A stretch of DNA of 64,000 nucleotides from the NCBI GenBank assembly GCA_010093815.1, contig ML996572.1. The stretch is one strand, 5' to 3'. The position numbers were made by a program, and so were the translations under genes. Each line of letters begins with the position of its first letter. Positions within the stretch are counted from its first letter, which is position 1. The DNA comes from Pseudovirgaria hyperparasitica (Eukaryota). The notes beneath the pieces are model-generated. The model was not told the origin of the DNA and searched no databases. It worked only from the letters and a program-made list of their open reading frames with translations. Positions 59,183 to 64,000 of the stretch are shown here, one piece after another.

Positions 59183-62100
59183 AGCTTGCCGTACGTCAAT
59201 TGAGGCTGTTATTCCTACCTACCTACAAAAATAGCTAGATACCTAATACCTACTAAATAAGCGAAGGGCAAAATTAACCTTTTCCCCCTTCCCGAGGAGG
59301 GAGGGCCAAGTGGTCGTCATAATCGCGTGCAAGGCGCAGCCAGGGTCTCTCTCCCTCCCTCTCTCCCTCTCTCCCGAGTCCCGTCATGCACATCATTTCC
59401 ATCGTGCAAAACTCTATCAGTCGAATAATTAACGATTGATGAGCCCCTGACGTCGTCATCGCTTCCTTCTATTGGCATTTCATGCATGCGTTCCTTACTG
59501 TACCTCTCGACGACGGGCGCGTGGCGCACAAGGTTAGCCCGTACGTAGCACGATACAGATTAGCTTTAGGTTGTAAGGTAAGCCACCTAAGCAAGCCAAG
59601 CCAGCTTACAGAAAGCAGCTTCGGCAGCTGCGGACATATACGTACTTGGACCTCCGTCTCCGTTTTAAGGTAGGGTCAGCCATGGGGAATGTAGTAATTA
59701 GTACCTAATTAACCCCCCGATGCCAGGCCCATGTGTGTGCCGTCCTTGAGCATCAGCATCATCGTCATCATCAGCAGCAGCAGGCCGAAGCTCCGTCGCG
59801 GATCGCGATGGATAGATGCTGTAGATATGACGGCATGCAGCATGCGACATATGTGGCAGATGCGCCGAGTCTGGACGTCGTTTCGTAAATGATAATGGAT
59901 CATGAGGACAGCTCAGTTAACAAGTGGTATGCACCGCTGCTGTACAATTGGACTGGACAGGACTGGACTGACTGGCTGGCTGTCTGGCTGGCTGGTTGTG
60001 TATTGGGTATGGGATATTGGGTTAATATGCGAGGGTCAATGCACTTATCTACTTTCACGTTCAGATTTGTTCACGTCTCTCTGCCAGGGATACACCCCAG
60101 ACAAATCACGGCATACCACGTTCACGAAGGGTAGTGTTGTTGCCGTGAGATTCGCAACCCATGGGGGATCTGTTTTGGTTGGTGGTTGGTGGTTGGGGGC
60201 TGGAAGGCTGGGCTGGCGCTGGGCGTGGTTTGGCATTGGTATTGGGGCTGGTGGCTGGTAGGTAGGTAGCTGGACAGCTATGCCTATGGTGTAGCCGTAG
60301 CTGTACCGTCTAGGTTAGGTTCAGGCTTGCGAGCTCCGGATGTATCTACGTGGTATGTAGTAAAGTGTTTTACAGGATGAAGCGAGCGAGGATTCTATGG
60401 TGTCTTGGTGTCTGCGCAGTGTCTGGCGTTCTGGAGGAGAGTGCCCGGGAATTGGATGATGGATGCCCCGGCAACAGGACATCCATAGATACCATGTATA
60501 TGTGACTTCTTGTGGGAATTCGTGGCGCTGTGTAAGTGACAGGGCGGCTGCGGTGGGAGGCCTCGCATGCATCGGGCACAGTACAGGCGAGGCGAGGCGA
60601 GTTTGTGGATGTGGTTGTGGTTGTGCGTGTAATCGTGAAACTCAGACGCTAAGCGGACGGGCCGTTGCGATTGGCTCGACATTGAGTGCTTCGGGATGAG
60701 GTGGATGAGGGCGGGGTAAATAGGTCAGGTAGGACGGGACATAGGCAGGACATGCTCCATTGGATAGCGATGCATCGATTGTGCATCGTCATTGTCGCAG
60801 ATATACGTGATCAACATTCAATCAATCTCCAAGTCTACAGTCTTCTTGGACTGCTAGAACGCAGGTCTGCGGACGCGGATAGTCTCGATAGAACCCGCTG
60901 TGGCAGCATACGGAGCGCCATGTAGATCAGGCGATCGCTATACATAGCCCCTGAGTAGAGTCAAGGGTTCCTTGGATGCGTCTCTTGTCAGTCAAAGTGA
61001 AGCGTTACGAGACGGCGCAAGTGTTGGATCATAAGTGGTCCTACGTGTCGTCGCTCTATTACCTCCAGCATGGATACGCTTGAACACCGGAACACACTTC
61101 TCCAGATAGATGCAGCCGGTGAGCGCTGTCACACGTTCCTGCGGGCCGTAGACAAGGCCACGAAGCGCTGGGCTAGGACTGTGCGATGGTCACGTCGGCA
61201 ATGCTGTATATGAGATACGGGGGTTAAGTGGGATGTTGGCGTCGATATGGGCGTGATAAGACGAGTTCTGGATGTAGACGACGCATCTCATGTGGTTGCC
61301 CTCTTCTGGCAGTCGTCCTGGCAGTCAGAGGACTTGGCCTCACTCTTTGGGTGTGTTGAGACTTGGGTGATGCAGCCGCTTGGGCCGCGGGGCTGAGGGG
61401 TTGGAGTCGAGGTGTCTCGACTGATCGAGATAGCTCTTAACATCGAGTATGGAGCACGAAGCACGCTGCTGCAAGAAGTCTCATGAGCGTGCGTATGATG
61501 GACACTTCCTTGCATGACTCGTGGTAGGAGATGGCATGTGAAGCTCTAATCTGGCTTCTTGAGGATGCATTTCTTTGGACACGATAATCAACCTTTGTGC
61601 ACAACGTGCAACAGTAGAGTGGGAATTGAGAAGTCCTCCCAGGGCGATGATCGCAATCCTCCATCGTTCTGACACATGGATAGTAATAGCGGCCGTCCTG
61701 GTCCTTGTCCTTGTCGCATCCACAACCCATGACGCCTTCTGGTAGTCAGCGAGCCGTGAGACCCCGCCTGTCGCTCCATGTTATCGATAGTCTGACGCCA
61801 AGCTTGGCTTAGAAGCCTTTGGAAGTCGAGTCGAATGATTCGTGGAGTAGGAGGAGTGCCGAGTTGATTGGCCACTTGACGGCTTCTACTCGACCGTAGC
61901 CGTAGCCGCCAACACTAATACCACATGCAGCTGCAGCTGCTACTGCAGGGCCTGGGTTCAGGTGGGCGATTGTATACTCTCTGGCGATTCGCACGGCTCT
62001 GCAAGGGCAATCCGACTCGTGGAACACGATGCAAGAATCCGCTCGCACTCTTCCTTACAATGTATGCTTCTAGAGCGGGGACAGAGACAGCGAAAGGTTC

Positions 62101-63988
62101 TTTTCGCGCAGTGGATAATGCGGACCAGTGATGGCAGCTTCCAAATGGCCCGACGCGTGCTTTTGCAGCGCCGCATAGGTGACTCTGTCCAATAGTAGAG
62201 GGCTGAGTGACGACAGCGCTGTGCTGAGGTTTTGCAGACGTTGCTGAATACGCTCAGCAGTGGATGTCGACATGGCGATAGAAGAGGACTAGAGCTGAGG
62301 AGGATGGGTGAGGCCTGAGTAAGACGACGTTTCATTCTCCCAGTGCTGCTTCTTGGTTGTCCATTTCCAACTTCATCGCGGGACAAGATTGGGCTGCTCA
62401 CAGGCATCGAATGTGCAGTCTTGTGTTGCCCTGTTCCTCCAGAAAACCGACCACACTCAAGGCTGATTGGCATTTGTGCCAGCCTTGTTGCGTACAGCCA
62501 GTTGACATCTATACCATTCACAACTCTGCCTTGTCACCTTTGTTCTTATAATTATACCTCACTGCCCTCCCACACTGACCTCCCGGTCTCTCCCCCGCCT
62601 CTTCTGCATCCTGCACAGTCGGAGGCGTAGTGGATCCTTTGTGGGACGAGACTCTCCATTCATAAGTTCCGCCAGGTTGTTGCTAGGAGACGACGACCTT
62701 CTGACCAAAGACGGTGAGAGAATCAGCGCAACCACAGCAAACAAGCCCGAGGCCAGAACCTATCTGGTAGTTTGTTATTACCCACCAGGAGCCGAAACAC
62801 TCACCGACATTTCGAGCGGAGGCTATAGAACGCTTCTCACAGAAGGGAGCAGGACTGTACGACGGCGACGGCGTCTTGCACCGCCTCTTTTCGTTGTAAA
62901 CGCCTCTCGCAGCAATACGCAATACGCAATAGACGGACGCGCCGGAACAATCATCGACATATTCGCCGCCGGCGCCGCACAATCCGAAGACGACGAGAAC
63001 GACGACAACAACGACGACGGATTCGTAACTCGGATTGCGGCTTAGTTCTGGCTTGGTCTGGCCGAAAAGACGCCGCAACAGCTTCCACGGGATTCGATCG
63101 GTGTCTGCCTCAGGCCACGAAGTCTGACCTATTCTGAATCAGCAACAGCATCGATCAACGCGACGTGCGACGCCATCAATCGCCGCCATCAAAATCCATC
63201 GCCGGCCAAAATCCGCACTGACCCCCCCTCGACCCCCGCCGCCAAACCCGCCTGACTTGGCTTCTACTTGGCTTCCATTTGGCTACTCACCACCGCCCAC
63301 CACCGCCCACCGCCGCCCACTTTCGCCTGCTTACTGGCCACTTGCTGCTCACCTACTGGTCGCCTCTCTCTCTCCCCCCCCCCAAAAAGCCTGACAACTG
63401 GGCATCCCTCCCCCCCCGGCTGACCGTTGTTGTCGTTGCTCACAGGCCCCAGGGTCAGGCTCTTTTTGCCCTTTTTGCCCGGGCCTTGTTCCTTGGGTTG
63501 GGTGGTGCCCTTGTGCCCTTTGAGCCCTTTGCCTCAAACCTCTCTATTAGTCTCTGTCACCGATCCTTCCGCCTCTCCTCTCCACGTTCTTCACTTCATC
63601 CACCCTCCCCTCGCCTTACCCAACAACATACACATCACTTCAATCAATTCAACCACTTCGTCGACTACGCTGTTACAGACTCTCCGCTTCTTTCTACACC
63701 ACTTCTTTGTCTACACTTCTTAATACCTACTTTGTTCAAAGAGCCAAGACGACTGGCTCGTCGTTTATCGCTTTCTTGGAACACCGCGTCTACCCTGCCC
63801 AACGCCTTTGCACTACCTTCTACTTCACCGGCACCGACACCGACAATCTTTCAATCCTTCACATCACCCTCAACTCGGCTGTTATACGTGAGCTGTCTAG
63901 AGTCAGCGCTCGATCGACTGAGCACTTCGACCACCACAGCCAGTGCAACGGCAGACCCACCAACAACAGCGGCCTCCCACCTCAAGTC

Positions 63989-64000
63989 ATGGACGAACCG
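63989..64000 (+). CDS. Possible start (MDEP...) of a gene continuing beyond the window
   Basis: ATG in a gtcATGg context after a long C/T-rich leader. Only 4 codons are visible. Confidence 0.3.

Overview
Eukaryotic, intron-containing DNA from a filamentous ascomycete (Pezizomycotina; Dothideomycete-like by inference only). About 24 protein-coding genes can be reconstructed from ORFs plus GT/GC-AG splice sites with CTRAY branch points. The left part (1-18 kb) is gene-dense housekeeping sequence: cyclophilin, glycogenin, polyprenol reductase, an ankyrin protein, a Gfo/Idh/MocA oxidoreductase, m-AAA protease and an SDR. At 18.7-28.8 kb is a three-gene module that looks like an O-acylated cell-surface polysaccharide system: a GH16-like/acyltransferase-3 fusion, a processive GT2 and a second acyltransferase-3. 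From about 23 to 44 kb the sequence is microsatellite-rich and several genes switch from C-rich 5' halves to G-rich 3' halves. That block holds an MFS permease preceded by a tandem GATA array, a gene for a CxxCH protein with a mitochondrial-type N-terminus, an O-methyltransferase and a UstYa/DUF3328 oxidase. The right part has a GST, the divergent gaaC/gaaA D-galacturonate pair with a GARE site, an EXPERA-like membrane protein, a DEDDh exonuclease, a small secreted HGDHWHC-repeat protein, a CtvD-like membrane protein and a metallophosphoesterase, followed by about 4.8 kb with no credible ORF. No rRNA, tRNA, CRISPR array or intact transposon was recognised. All product calls come from motif recognition, not database searches.
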